IMG/VR virus record: IMGVR_UViG_3300047476_002078
Coordinates: 186,001-250,000 of that record
DNA: 64,000 bases
Strand: one strand, 5' to 3'
Position numbers and translations under genes: made by a program. This document shows, piece after piece, positions 26,813 through 36,893 of the stretch; position 1 is the stretch's first letter, and each line of letters begins with the position of its first letter. The notes below the pieces were generated by a model. The model searched no databases. It saw nothing but the letters and a program-made list of their open reading frames with translations, and was not told the DNA's origin.

Positions 26813-28963
26813 TTACTTCTTTTCTTTCACATTAATATTAGTCATATCTTTAGCTTTAGGATTCTTTGATTCTTTTCTTGTTGTAGATACTGTAGCTCTT
26901 TCTTGTTTTCTGCTAGTTATATTCATGTTTGCAAGGGCTTCGGCAGGTCTTCTTCTTGTAATATCTTCTGTCAATAAAGAAGTATCTAAATCTAATGCTC
27001 CTGCTTTAGGTTGTAATATTCCAAAAGAGTCTAATATTAAATCTGCCCCGTGAGATATAATTCCAATAAGCTCATATCCATCATAGTCTGTTATGTTTTG
27101 AACTTGATTATTATAGAAAGGTACTTGTTTATCTGAACTTCTAGCTTTTGATACTGTTCTTACTCTTGAAAAGTTTGTAGCCGTTCCAACTATTTGACCT
27201 TTTCTTTCTGCTTCTAAATGCTGTCTATCTATAAAAGTTTTAGGAAGATTGCTTGAAACGTCTTGTGCAGGTCTTAGCGTCATGCTTGAACCCAAGTCTG
27301 ATTTATATCTAAACGCTTCGACTGTTAATGTGGTTTGAAAAGAATTACCGAAGGAGAAGCTATGGTTTATTCCTGTTACATAAGCATAGCAATCTCGTGA
27401 TTCAAAATAAATTGGAAAGCCCAATTTTATTTCAGGGGTTCCAATAATAGTTATAGTTCCTTGAGTTCTTCTTGAATTATAAATATCCATTTGATTTTGA
27501 GCATAGATAGCTAACAATTGAGTAAATGATATTTTACCGCTTCTTCTAACCATCATTTGCATGTCGGTTTGTTGTGAACGTATTCCAAACTGGCGAGCGA
27601 GTTTTGCATCTAAAGCAGAACCCATTTCTTTTATTTCAGAAGTCATTCCTACTTCTTGAGATATGTTTCCTCTAACAGAAAAAACAGTCATCACATCATC
27701 TGTTTCTTGAAGAGAAAAAGACATTACATCTTCATCTTTAACAACAAAAGGTCTGTAAGTTTTTACATCTAAATTAAACAAAGGAGGTTTAAAATAAATT
27801 GTTCCATCTAGTGACATGAAGAATTCATACCCTATATAGTCTCTACAAATAATACAAATATCTAGTAATGCTTGGTACTCAGAATTGATGACATCTATTC
27901 CAACTAATTGTCCAAAAGGTGCTGCGTTTTCTATTAGTTTATCTAACTCACGCTCAATGGTATTATCTCTAAAATTATTTCCTATAGCTCTTGACTCAGC
28001 ATCACTAATAACATTTATTTGACCTTTGAACACGTTAGAATCAGCTTCTTCAATTAGTTCTTCTCTTTGATCGTAAACTTCTTTTTTTCCAGTTACTTGT
28101 TTTTCGTCAGTGTTTAATTTTTTCTCATTCTTTTTAACAAGACTAGCTGGTGGAGTGTACCCGTATATAATCATGGATAGTAGATTTGTATCTGACCTCT
28201 CTGGAACAGAACCATCAAAAATCAACTGGAACCTGTTTCTCCAGTAACTTTCAACCATAGCATCTCTTTGAATATCTTTAAAGGTTTTAGCCTCGGCTTG
28301 AGGGTCAAATACTACATTTCGTATAGCAAAAGCCACGTTGTTAAATGTTTCCGGAACTACTACAGCATTTATGAATTTATTTCCGTAATCTCCTCCACCT
28401 AATGCCCAATTTACTAATTTTTTAACTAACTCTTTTGGACTCTCATCTTTGAAGTTACTTGCAAAAACCGTTGCCGAAGCCCCTGTTGATACAGCATTAA
28501 GAATACTTGGATGATGATTGGTTTTTACTATTTTTAACCAATATAACAAATCTTGACACTGGAATGATAGACTATGTTGATCTCCAGAGTAGTCATCTGA
28601 AATTGAAGTAATGATTCCATGAAATTGCTGATAAGCTTTTGGTAAACTTAAACTTCCATCATCATCATAAAGGTAAAACCTACCTTTGATGAATATTTTA
28701 ATTTCACTCATTACAGGTATGAGACACTTACCGTTTTTAAAATACTTAAATTCTTCATTTCTAGGAACAATTATTGTAAAGCTTGCTGTAGATGGAGGGC
28801 TATCGACGTTACCATTGATATTTATCTGCGATATATCGTCGTTAAAAGGTACTCGTTGCCCATTAGAAGATGAAATAAAAGATTCTTGGTTTATGATAAC
28901 AAATGCGTCTGGAGCGACACGTTTTAAATTTTTTTGTTTTTGACCGTTTTTTATATTCTTCAT
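26813..28963 (-). CDS. Baseplate hub protein (gp27/gpD-like)
   Basis: FHGIITSISDDY, LSFQCQD, FFMSLDGTIYFKPP, GTITIIGTPEIKLG, YVTGINHSF pattern. Confidence 0.7.
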   Translation of the reverse strand: MKNIKNGQKQKNLKRVAPDAFVIINQESFISSSNGQRVPFNDDISQININGNVDSPPSTASFTIIVPRNEEFKYFKNGKCLIPVMSEIKIFIKGRFYLYDDDGSLSLPKAYQQFHGIITSISDDYSGDQHSLSFQCQDLLYWLKIVKTNHHPSILNAVSTGASATVFASNFKDESPKELVKKLVNWALGGGDYGNKFINAVVVPETFNNVAFAIRNVVFDPQAEAKTFKDIQRDAMVESYWRNRFQLIFDGSVPERSDTNLLSMIIYGYTPPASLVKKNEKKLNTDEKQVTGKKEVYDQREELIEEADSNVFKGQINVISDAESRAIGNNFRDNTIERELDKLIENAAPFGQLVGIDVINSEYQALLDICIICRDYIGYEFFMSLDGTIYFKPPLFNLDVKTYRPFVVKDEDVMSFSLQETDDVMTVFSVRGNISQEVGMTSEIKEMGSALDAKLARQFGIRSQQTDMQMMVRRSGKISFTQLLAIYAQNQMDIYNSRRTQGTITIIGTPEIKLGFPIYFESRDCYAYVTGINHSFSFGNSFQTTLTVEAFRYKSDLGSSMTLRPAQDVSSNLPKTFIDRQHLEAERKGQIVGTATNFSRVRTVSKARSSDKQVPFYNNQVQNITDYDGYELIGIISHGADLILDSFGILQPKAGALDLDTSLLTEDITRRRPAEALANMNITSRKQERATVSTTRKESKNPKAKDMTNINVKEKK

Positions 28964-30120
28964 TATCTTTGTTGTATTCTTTTAGTTAATGATGCTACGC
29001 CTCCAGAAGTCTGTTGACCGAACTGATAAGGCTTTCCGTTATTACTAGAGTTCGCTAAGTTTTGAAGTCTCAAACTTTCTTGAGTGTTATTAGCTATTGT
29101 AGATAAAAAGTTTTGTCTTGCTATTCTGTTTTGCTGTTCTAAGAAATTTGATTGTTCTACTGTTGATTGAGTAGGAACTAATCTGACAGCACCTTGTCTT
29201 AGTTGCTGTACGTTAGTCCCAGAAGGAGTGATGTCATGGATGCTGATAGATTCAGAAACATTAAAGGTAAATGTATATTCTAATGTAAAAGGTTTATCTA
29301 CAGATTCGGTAATTGAAAACGAGTCAAAAGTACCTCTGAATAGTTCATATCCGTACAATATTTCAATATACCCTACATCCAAAATTCTTCTATTAGTGCT
29401 AGGAGCGTCTTCTGAGCCTTCGTAGCTGTTACCGTATAAGCACCCATTATTTCTGAATATCTGAATTAAATTCATTAAATTTGTAAAAGACGGTGTTTGT
29501 CTTTTATATGTTCTCGTTAAACCTGTTTCTTGAGTATAAAAACCTCCAATAGAACCAGTAGCAGTTATTTGTTCTAATTCTTCTCCCCACCTTTCAGTCT
29601 TGATTCCATTACGAACATAGTTATTATTTTGTACTTTATTATTCGCTCTTGACCAATTAGCTGGATTTACAAATAAAAAAAATGGGGGCGGAGCTAAAAA
29701 ATTTTCAGCTTGAACAACTCCGGGTAAAATAACATTAAAAATCATAGGCATTAGTGGTATTCGTGAAGGAATTAAACCTTTTAAATATTTAGCCTGCAAA
29801 GAAACCTTGTATGTGTCTAATGTTTGAAGTCTTGTAAAAGCTTCATTGCTTTCATTAATATCACTTCTATCAAACAACCTATTACCACGTATTTGATTGA
29901 TTCCTGACCGTGAAACTCTAGGGTCTAAATCTAATTTATATTGAGACATCAATTGATTTATTCTTGTTTGAGTAGAGGCTGTAAAAAGAGGCTCACCTTT
30001 TGTACTTGTAGCATTAAAAATCTGTTTGTTTAAATTTAATAGTCGCTCATCTGCCGATTTTTGAACCTCTTCTTTGAAAGTTCCTAAACTTTGTGCCCAA
30101 GACCTTAGTGTTCCACTCAT
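28963..30120 (-). CDS. Baseplate/tail-tube initiator-like protein with N-terminal extension
   Basis: FLFVNPANW, ERWGEELEQITATGS, FRGTFDSFSITES.KPF..YTFTF; paralogue of the next gene; lies between tape measure and hub. Confidence 0.55.
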   Translation of the reverse strand: MSGTLRSWAQSLGTFKEEVQKSADERLLNLNKQIFNATSTKGEPLFTASTQTRINQLMSQYKLDLDPRVSRSGINQIRGNRLFDRSDINESNEAFTRLQTLDTYKVSLQAKYLKGLIPSRIPLMPMIFNVILPGVVQAENFLAPPPFFLFVNPANWSRANNKVQNNNYVRNGIKTERWGEELEQITATGSIGGFYTQETGLTRTYKRQTPSFTNLMNLIQIFRNNGCLYGNSYEGSEDAPSTNRRILDVGYIEILYGYELFRGTFDSFSITESVDKPFTLEYTFTFNVSESISIHDITPSGTNVQQLRQGAVRLVPTQSTVEQSNFLEQQNRIARQNFLSTIANNTQESLRLQNLANSSNNGKPYQFGQQTSGGVASLTKRIQQR

Positions 30121-30644
30121 ACTATAACCTGTGTCCTTTTAACTTCAAAAGCAAAATTAAATACATATCTAAAAGGATTATCTATAGTTTCGTCCCAATT
30201 GAATGATTGAAATTGACCAAAAAGTTTATAGGTATCATATTCAATGAAAACATCTCCTTGGTTTACAATGTTTCCAAGATTGTCATACACACAAGCGTTA
30301 TTTTTATAAATGGCTAGTATTTCTTGAAAATTTATCATGGATAAAGTTTCGTGCCTTCTTGTTACATTTAAACCTGTTTCTAAACTGAGAAAAGAGCCAG
30401 TAGATGCTTCAATGTTTACAACGTCTAGTTCATCGCCCCAATGCTCCTCAATCCACCCACCTCTCGTTCTTTGTCTTGTGATTATCTTTTTGTATTGAAA
30501 ATTTATGCTTGTCGGGTTTATGTGAAATTGAATAACAGGAATGAAAACTCTTCTATTAGAAGTATCAACAAGATTTTCAATACCTATCTTAAAAGGTATC
30601 ACTTCTAGTTTACTTGAAGGTCTGGCAGGGGTTCTAATTCTCAT
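30117..30644 (-). CDS. Baseplate/tail-tube initiator-like protein
   Basis: FHINPTSI, EHWGDELDVVNIEASTG, LFGQFQSFNW.E..PF..FNFAF. Confidence 0.55.
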   Translation of the reverse strand: MRIRTPARPSSKLEVIPFKIGIENLVDTSNRRVFIPVIQFHINPTSINFQYKKIITRQRTRGGWIEEHWGDELDVVNIEASTGSFLSLETGLNVTRRHETLSMINFQEILAIYKNNACVYDNLGNIVNQGDVFIEYDTYKLFGQFQSFNWDETIDNPFRYVFNFAFEVKRTQVIV

Positions 30645-33262
30645 TAACTATTTCTCTGTTGCTCGTAATTAATTTTTTTGACAATTGTTTTTAAAGCTTC
30701 TCCATTTTCTAGTTGTAGGACAGCATCTATATTAATAACGGTTTGACCTTGAGATGTTCCTGCTTGATTTGCGGTTTTGTTTTTAGCACCGTCTTCAATA
30801 TAAGTTGTAGATTTTTTTTCAGGTAAATCATCCCATGAACCAGTAGAGCCTTTTCCTTTAAATGTTCCACCTTTTGTATCAAAAGGCATAGTTCCCCAAG
30901 GATTAAACTCTTCAGGTTTTGTTTCAGGTCTAGGAAAAATTAAACCGTCTTGTTTTTCTATTGAAGGTGAAATCATATTCTCTTTTAACATATTCTTTTT
31001 TTGTTCAGGGGTGGCTCTATAGTAATACATACTTTTTTTAATATCTGAACCTGCTGCCGATGTTTGATTACTATAAGCCCTTTCTTTAGATTGTTGTATT
31101 AATCTTTCTGCTTCACTTCTTAGTCTTTCTTGATTTTTTTCTGTGTCTCTAGCATTTTTTAGTCTTTTGTCTCTTTCTTCTCTATTTCCTTTCCATCCAA
31201 ATAAATCTAAAATTACATTTACAGCTTCTTCTAGTAAATTAGCTATGCTTACTAGAATGTTATTTGTCATATCCCCAGCACCACTTATCGCTGTGACTGT
31301 TCTTGAGGCTATATTTTTTGCTTCTTCTGTTGCCTCAAGCTGTGCTTTAAAATTCTTATCAAATTCTGCGGAAGACATAACCTCCGCAGGGGTTTTTCCA
31401 GTCTGAATAGCTAATGTTTGAACTGTGCTTAAAAGAGTTCTCATGTCTTCAGCGGAACGGTCATACATCGCACCCATTACTTTTAATCTTTCTGGATTAA
31501 AAATAGCTTTATCTAAATCTTCATTAGTGTTTAGTTTTTGAGCATTTAGCATTGCCTTAACTTCGCCTGCAACACCTAAACCCCTTTCTATGGCAGCACC
31601 GCCTCTTAATGTTCCGCCTTTTTCTATTTCTTGAAGGTATCTCTGTCTTTCAAATAGCTGGTTTCTTTCTGCCTCAGACATTCCACCGATACCTCCCTCA
31701 ATCTGTTTTTGGATTTCTTTAAGTTCTATTTGAGCTTGTTTTCTATAAGCTCCTCCACTTAAAGCCATTCGACGAAATCCCTCGTCCATACCTTTAGTAG
31801 AAAAACCTGCTAAAGTATCCATCATTTTGGCTATTTGTTTTTGTGAATATCCTCCTCGGCTTCCTAAGTCGGACAGAACTTTAGAAAAAGTTTTTGTTTG
31901 ATCTACAAATATATTAAATTGTGCTGATACTGACTGAATCACAGATAAAAAATTATTTGCAGTCATGCTAGAATTTTTAATGTCGTGATTTAATGTTGCA
32001 AAAGTATCTTGAATAGAATCTATACCTTTTGCATAAGAGGAATAATACTCACCGACTATTTTTCCGCCTTCTTCAATATCTAATCCAAAATTTCTAGCAG
32101 CCGTAGCTGAAATTTCTGTAGCTCTAGTTAAATCTTTATACCCTCCAACCAAATTTTTAACACTCATTCCACTTTGCATTAAAGCGTTCATAGTGTTTTG
32201 GATTTCTTCACTTGTTAATCTAAGATTATTCACTAACATAGGATTTTGTGCGTAAGACATTTTGTTTACTTCTTCGTTCAAATCTAAAATATCTCGATTT
32301 GATAATCCTGCACTACCTATACCTTTGGCTAAGTTTCTATTTATTTCTTTTTGAGCAGCGTCAGCGGCTATCAATATACCACCTAAAGCAAATGCCCATC
32401 CCCCTAAAACATTTGTTAAAGTCGAAACAACTCCTGATAAAACTTTAAAAACTCCTCCAAGCTTTCCTCCAACCCCAGCTAGTTTACTGAATGTTTTTGC
32501 AGTATCTACCATTCCTTCTCTAACTTTAACCCCTTTACCTGACATACCTCCGCTTAATTTATCCGCTACTCCTGATAAGAAACTTTTAGTTTGTGTTTTT
32601 AAAGCAACCTTGGCACTTTGTTGAGAATATTTAAGACGTATCTCTTCTAACTTTGACTGCCTTTCAGAAGAATCTTCTATGTTTTCTAAAGTTGATAGCT
32701 GTTCTTTTAAATTACCTAGCTCTTTATCTATTAATTGGTTTCTTTTTTTTAAAGAATCCTCATCGTCAGATTCAAAAGTAGCCTGACTTCTTAATTGTTT
32801 TTCATACTCTGCGACAGCTTCATTCGCTTTCTGAAAGCCTTGCATGTCCCTGTTGTATTTTACTGTTTCGGTTTTTAATTTTTTGATATTAGCTTGTATT
32901 CTTTCAGCCGCTTCATTTTCAGCTTTACCGATATTTCTACCATCTTGAACTTTTGCAAGTATTTCTTGGTCTTTCCTGATTTGCTGATTAATTTTTAAAG
33001 CTCTATTTTGAAATCTCAATGCTTTTTTAGAATTATCAATGTTGCTAAAGCCTGTTTCTTTAAGAGCGTCGTTCAACTCTTTGGTTATTTTTATTGCGTC
33101 CATTTGGGAGGTTTTAAACCTCTTAGAACTTAAAGCATTTAATTTACTGATAAGTTTGTTAGATTCAAGGGCTGTTTTAGTAACAGAATTTATGGCGGAA
33201 ATGGCTTCACCTGACTCCACTTCAAATGATAATTCAATACTTTGTTCGTCTTTTTTTGCCAT
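30644..33262 (-). CDS. Tape measure protein
   Basis: 872 aa, helical coiled-coil with a central Gly/Ala hydrophobic segment (LGGWAFALGGILIAA); upstream of the baseplate genes. Confidence 0.7.
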   Translation of the reverse strand: MAKKDEQSIELSFEVESGEAISAINSVTKTALESNKLISKLNALSSKRFKTSQMDAIKITKELNDALKETGFSNIDNSKKALRFQNRALKINQQIRKDQEILAKVQDGRNIGKAENEAAERIQANIKKLKTETVKYNRDMQGFQKANEAVAEYEKQLRSQATFESDDEDSLKKRNQLIDKELGNLKEQLSTLENIEDSSERQSKLEEIRLKYSQQSAKVALKTQTKSFLSGVADKLSGGMSGKGVKVREGMVDTAKTFSKLAGVGGKLGGVFKVLSGVVSTLTNVLGGWAFALGGILIAADAAQKEINRNLAKGIGSAGLSNRDILDLNEEVNKMSYAQNPMLVNNLRLTSEEIQNTMNALMQSGMSVKNLVGGYKDLTRATEISATAARNFGLDIEEGGKIVGEYYSSYAKGIDSIQDTFATLNHDIKNSSMTANNFLSVIQSVSAQFNIFVDQTKTFSKVLSDLGSRGGYSQKQIAKMMDTLAGFSTKGMDEGFRRMALSGGAYRKQAQIELKEIQKQIEGGIGGMSEAERNQLFERQRYLQEIEKGGTLRGGAAIERGLGVAGEVKAMLNAQKLNTNEDLDKAIFNPERLKVMGAMYDRSAEDMRTLLSTVQTLAIQTGKTPAEVMSSAEFDKNFKAQLEATEEAKNIASRTVTAISGAGDMTNNILVSIANLLEEAVNVILDLFGWKGNREERDKRLKNARDTEKNQERLRSEAERLIQQSKERAYSNQTSAAGSDIKKSMYYYRATPEQKKNMLKENMISPSIEKQDGLIFPRPETKPEEFNPWGTMPFDTKGGTFKGKGSTGSWDDLPEKKSTTYIEDGAKNKTANQAGTSQGQTVINIDAVLQLENGEALKTIVKKINYEQQRNS

Positions 33263-33341
33263 GTACAGAATTCCTAAAAAATATGCCTACATATCTATAA
33301 TAATTAAAGAACTAATTTGAGCGGTAAGAAGGAGAAATTAA

Positions 33342-33569
33342 ATGGAAGTTGTTGGTTTTTTCCCGTCCAAAGGTAAGATTGAATTTATTGTAGTTAAAAA
33401 CACAAATAATCAATATCAGACCATTTCAAAAAACTTAAATTGGTATATTTCCGACAGATGGGGAGCTAAAGCTATTCTTGATTTCGCTATATCAAAAGGC
33501 TTTTTAGAGCTTCCAAAACCTATGGATTTTGACTTTTTTATCCATAACTTATCTCAATTTGAAAAGTAG
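33342..33569 (+). CDS. Hypothetical protein
   Basis: AAGGAG RBS; TATAAT at 33296-33301 upstream. Confidence 0.55.
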   Translation: MEVVGFFPSKGKIEFIVVKNTNNQYQTISKNLNWYISDRWGAKAILDFAISKGFLELPKPMDFDFFIHNLSQFEK

Positions 33570-33577
33570 GTATAACC

Positions 33578-34360
33578 ATGAAATACTTAATTTTTATTCT
33601 TTTTTTAACAGGATGTGCTTCTATAGCACCTCAAAAATTAAACCCTTCTGTTTACTATAAAAACGACATCTGTTTTACCTATCAAAGAGATATATCTAAG
33701 CATGGAGAAGCTCCAACTTGGTATAGAAACAAGATTAAAAGAGTTCCTAAAGTTTTCAAACGTGACAAAATATATCAAGAAATTGAAATATGCGGTTCCG
33801 GAGTTTTACCGTTTGATGACTCTTACAATGTACGAGTTAATCACTCCGCAAACATGAATTTTTTTGCAATGAATACATGTCATAGAGAGATTACGACAGA
33901 AAATCCTGACAGAGGTTTCTTTAAAAAAGATGGTCAATATTTCGTAGATTACAAACCTACTATGGAATCAGGAAAAGCATGTCCTTTGTTTGTAGCTACT
34001 TACAACCGTGAAGGTAAACACGGTTGGGGCGTTCTGGCTTTTGAGCACCCTAGATTCAAAATGAAGTCTAAAATGCAATGTAACGGTGATGAATTAGAGT
34101 TCAATGGTGTTTCTCTATGTGAGTCAAAATTAGGTCTTTTGCAAAAAATAGAATTCCCTGAAGAAGTGGTGTCTGCCGAGCCTGTAAACGGCTCTGCCGA
34201 AAGAAAAGAACCTTGTCCAAAATTATCATCTTCCGATAATAAAACTTTTGAATTTATTATGCCTCCGAGAGAGTGTATTTACGGTTTTGTAGGAAAAACT
34301 TCTAAGCAGTTACACAAATTATACACTATCGGATACGAAGAATTAATCGTTAGGGAGTAA
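33578..34360 (+). CDS. Cys-rich lipoprotein
   Basis: Signal peptide MKYLIFILFLTG-C (lipobox); eight further Cys residues. Confidence 0.7.
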   Translation: MKYLIFILFLTGCASIAPQKLNPSVYYKNDICFTYQRDISKHGEAPTWYRNKIKRVPKVFKRDKIYQEIEICGSGVLPFDDSYNVRVNHSANMNFFAMNTCHREITTENPDRGFFKKDGQYFVDYKPTMESGKACPLFVATYNREGKHGWGVLAFEHPRFKMKSKMQCNGDELEFNGVSLCESKLGLLQKIEFPEEVVSAEPVNGSAERKEPCPKLSSSDNKTFEFIMPPRECIYGFVGKTSKQLHKLYTIGYEELIVRE

Positions 34361-34364
34361 AATT

Positions 34365-34559
34365 ATGATGGAATTAGTAGCCACTCTTGTACTAGGTATC
34401 TTGAAGTGGGTGTTTCAGATGCGAAGCAATAAAAAATTAAGTAATGAAGAATTTCTGGCACATATAAAAGCACACCAAGACCGTAGAAGTAATGCAGGTA
34501 AAGCTGCTCTTGATTTTGAAGAATCTATGAAAAAAGCCGAGGAAGAAGCTAATAAATGA
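34365..34559 (+). CDS. Small membrane protein (N-terminal TM, coiled-coil tail)
   Basis: LVATLVLGILKWVF hydrophobic segment; GGAG RBS. Confidence 0.55.
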   Translation: MMELVATLVLGILKWVFQMRSNKKLSNEEFLAHIKAHQDRRSNAGKAALDFEESMKKAEEEANK

Positions 34560-34594
34560 TTGCTTAATGAGTAAAAATTTATAAACTTTGTTTT

Positions 34595-34807
34595 ATGGAA
34601 ATTAAAAAACCTAGAGGCTATAGATTCGTAGATAAAGTCAACGATACTTACATATTTTGTAAACCAAAACCTAACGGATTTTCTTGGAAGGTGATAGGAG
34701 CGGAAAATTCTGAAGGGTTGAGAGCAAAATATGATGTCTTATCAGAAGATTCTTACGAAACTACTTTAAACACTATCAAATTAAATGCAGAGAAAGGTAA
34801 GTATTAA
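34595..34807 (+). CDS. Hypothetical protein
   Basis: 70-aa ORF in the operon. Confidence 0.5.
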   Translation: MEIKKPRGYRFVDKVNDTYIFCKPKPNGFSWKVIGAENSEGLRAKYDVLSEDSYETTLNTIKLNAEKGKY

Positions 34808-35027
34808 CGGTATTCTATAAGCTGAATTAATTCTTTGGCTTGATTAGAAATATCTTTTAATGATCTTACCATTTTTGAGGTAGCACTTGAGCTTTCTTGC
34901 CAATCCCAGCTAAATGGATTGTCTGTTCTTTTTTCAATGTTCTTTTTTAGCAAATTTGATTGATAAGATAATTCTTTTAATTCTCTTTCAGCTTGAATTA
35001 TAAAGTCGTTTATTTATTTGAAAACAT
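34804..35027 (-). pseudogene. Small ORF with an apparent 1-bp frameshift after codon 5
   Basis: ATG TTT TCA AAT AAA TAA; adding one A gives MFSNKINDFIIQAERELKELSYQ...IEYR*, filling the gap between annotated genes. Confidence 0.5.
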
Positions 35028-35031
35028 AGTT

Positions 35032-35322
35032 TTAGCAAACAACAGTTGCGACTTTTCCGTAATTCATAAAAATTTGATAAGCTTTTAAAGCTATTGAAGG
35101 AGGAAGGATTTCTTTAGCAGCCTCGGCACGTCTTTTTGCCTTGAGTGCGTCTTTAATAGATTTTGCCATTTGTCTGCAAAGCTGAAGCATCTTGTCTTCG
35201 CTTCCTTTAGACTTTGTAACAATATCTTCAAGACGTTTATAGTCTTTTTCTTCAGGTTCGTCGGTTTTACCGTCAGTTAGTTTAGCTTCAAGAAATCGAA
35301 TTTGATCTATTAAGTTTTTCAT
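35032..35322 (-). CDS. Hypothetical protein
   Basis: 96-aa helical ORF in the minus-strand run. Confidence 0.55.
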   Translation of the reverse strand: MKNLIDQIRFLEAKLTDGKTDEPEEKDYKRLEDIVTKSKGSEDKMLQLCRQMAKSIKDALKAKRRAEAAKEILPPSIALKAYQIFMNYGKVATVVC

Positions 35323-35346
35323 ATACTGATTAAATAAATTAAACTT

Positions 35347-35622
35347 TTATGAAATCTTTTCCATTTCCCATACAGAATTTACGGTATCTATGACAAATGA
35401 AGTTTTTACTTTAGTTATTTTTTGAATAGTATCTGTAGAAAACTGAAAAGGTTTTTCGTCGAAAACAGTATTTTCTAATTTTAGAAATAAGCTCTTTTCT
35501 ATTTTTTCTGGTTCTATTTCGATACCTTCTACGTTTACCAATATTCCTTGAATTTCAAAACCTACAGGAAAAAGTCCTTGGTTATTGCTTTTGCTTGATC
35601 TTTTTTTAAGATAAACTCTCAT
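35347..35622 (-). CDS. Hypothetical protein
   Basis: 91-aa ORF abutting the next gene. Confidence 0.5.
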   Translation of the reverse strand: MRVYLKKRSSKSNNQGLFPVGFEIQGILVNVEGIEIEPEKIEKSLFLKLENTVFDEKPFQFSTDTIQKITKVKTSFVIDTVNSVWEMEKIS

Positions 35623-35961
35623 TTAAGCCCCTGTATTTCTGTCTCTAAGATGTTTAATAACTTGAATAAGGTTTCTTTGCAGTTCTTCTTGATTAGTAAA
35701 ACCTCTATTGATTAAAAGATTTTCAATAACTAATATCGAACCTCTGACAATTTCCCATTCTGTTAAATTCATATCTTTCATTTGGTCAAAAAGAACCTTT
35801 TTACGTTCTTCCCCAACAATAACTTTGATAAGCTCTATACGCTCTTTTAATTTAACCATCTGGAGAGTTTGTTCTCCAGATGGTGTAGTTATGGATGAAA
35901 GAGCTTTCAATTGATTTTTATAATCCTCTAGCATCAAAGTTAGTCTGTTTTCATCTAGCAT
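35623..35961 (-). CDS. Hypothetical coiled-coil protein
   Basis: 112-aa ORF coupled to phoH (TAATG overlap). Confidence 0.55.
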   Translation of the reverse strand: MLDENRLTLMLEDYKNQLKALSSITTPSGEQTLQMVKLKERIELIKVIVGEERKKVLFDQMKDMNLTEWEIVRGSILVIENLLINRGFTNQEELQRNLIQVIKHLRDRNTGA

Positions 35962-36836
35962 TACTCTTCCTCAAATATTTTTGTGAACAGTTCTGCTACG
36001 GGACCTCTTTCAACTTTGAGAAGATGTATGTGACCTGTAATTGGAGACTGTTTAAATATTTCACTCTCAATGACTTTCATAATTCCGGGCTTAAACCCCT
36101 TAGTTTTTACATCTACTTGATTATAGTCTCCTGATATGATTAAACGTGACTCTTCACCAATACGTGTTCCAAGAGTCTTTATGATGTGGTCATCTACGTT
36201 TTGAGCTTCATCTAAGTAAACAACAGTGTTTCCAGAAAAACTTACACCTCGCATTAATTCTAAAGGCATAAATTCTATTAACCCTTTCGTTAAAAACATA
36301 TCAAAATAAGATTTACCTTTATCGCCAGCAAGTTTATCAAAAAGGTACTTAAAATTAAGCAGGAAAGGGGCAAATTTCTCATCGCTATCGCCCGGAACAG
36401 TACCGTAATACTTCGACCCTCCGACAATTTCCATCGGTTTACTTATGACAATTTTATCAATTTTCTTTTTTGTTAATGCGTCGCACAAGTAAGAGCCAAT
36501 GAGAAGAGATTTTCCTGTTCCTGCTTTTCCTGTAACTGTTACAACTTTAAGAGATTCGTCTGCCAGTACATTAAATAGCATGATCTGTTCTTTATTTTTT
36601 GGAACAACTCCGAAGAAATCCCAGTTTTGTTTGATCGGAACTATTTTCTTTCCGTCAGTTGATATTTTAGCAAGGGCGGAAGTTTGACCAGCGGATTTTA
36701 AAACTAAAAATTGATTAGGGTATAAATCCGCTTTTAATTTTAACGTAGATAAATCAATAAAACCATTTTCATAAAATTTTTGGATGTCATTAAAATCTTC
36801 AAGAACAGAGACTCCAGTAAACTTATCTTTCATCAA
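35961..36836 (-). CDS. phoH: PhoH-family ATPase
   Basis: GKAGTGKS Walker A, KIVISKP, PG...EKFAPF, IEFMPLELMRGVSF, LDEAQN, LGTRIGE.SR...GD..Q.D. Confidence 0.92.
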   Translation of the reverse strand: MMKDKFTGVSVLEDFNDIQKFYENGFIDLSTLKLKADLYPNQFLVLKSAGQTSALAKISTDGKKIVPIKQNWDFFGVVPKNKEQIMLFNVLADESLKVVTVTGKAGTGKSLLIGSYLCDALTKKKIDKIVISKPMEIVGGSKYYGTVPGDSDEKFAPFLLNFKYLFDKLAGDKGKSYFDMFLTKGLIEFMPLELMRGVSFSGNTVVYLDEAQNVDDHIIKTLGTRIGEESRLIISGDYNQVDVKTKGFKPGIMKVIESEIFKQSPITGHIHLLKVERGPVAELFTKIFEEE

Positions 36837-36848
36837 ATTTCCCTTTAT

Positions 36849-36866
36849 AAAAAGCCATTAGTGGCT
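36849..36866 (-). terminator. Possible weak intrinsic terminator after the sigma gene
   Basis: Minus strand AGCCA-ctaa-TGGCT followed by TTTT; only a 5-bp stem. Confidence 0.3.
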
Positions 36867-36893
36867 CCTATAATAATAAAAACAAAAGGATTA

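Noticed and set aside
33578-34559. Spanin or holin lysis cassette
   Set aside because: The lipoprotein is far larger than o-spanins, the order is reversed, and no endolysin is nearby.
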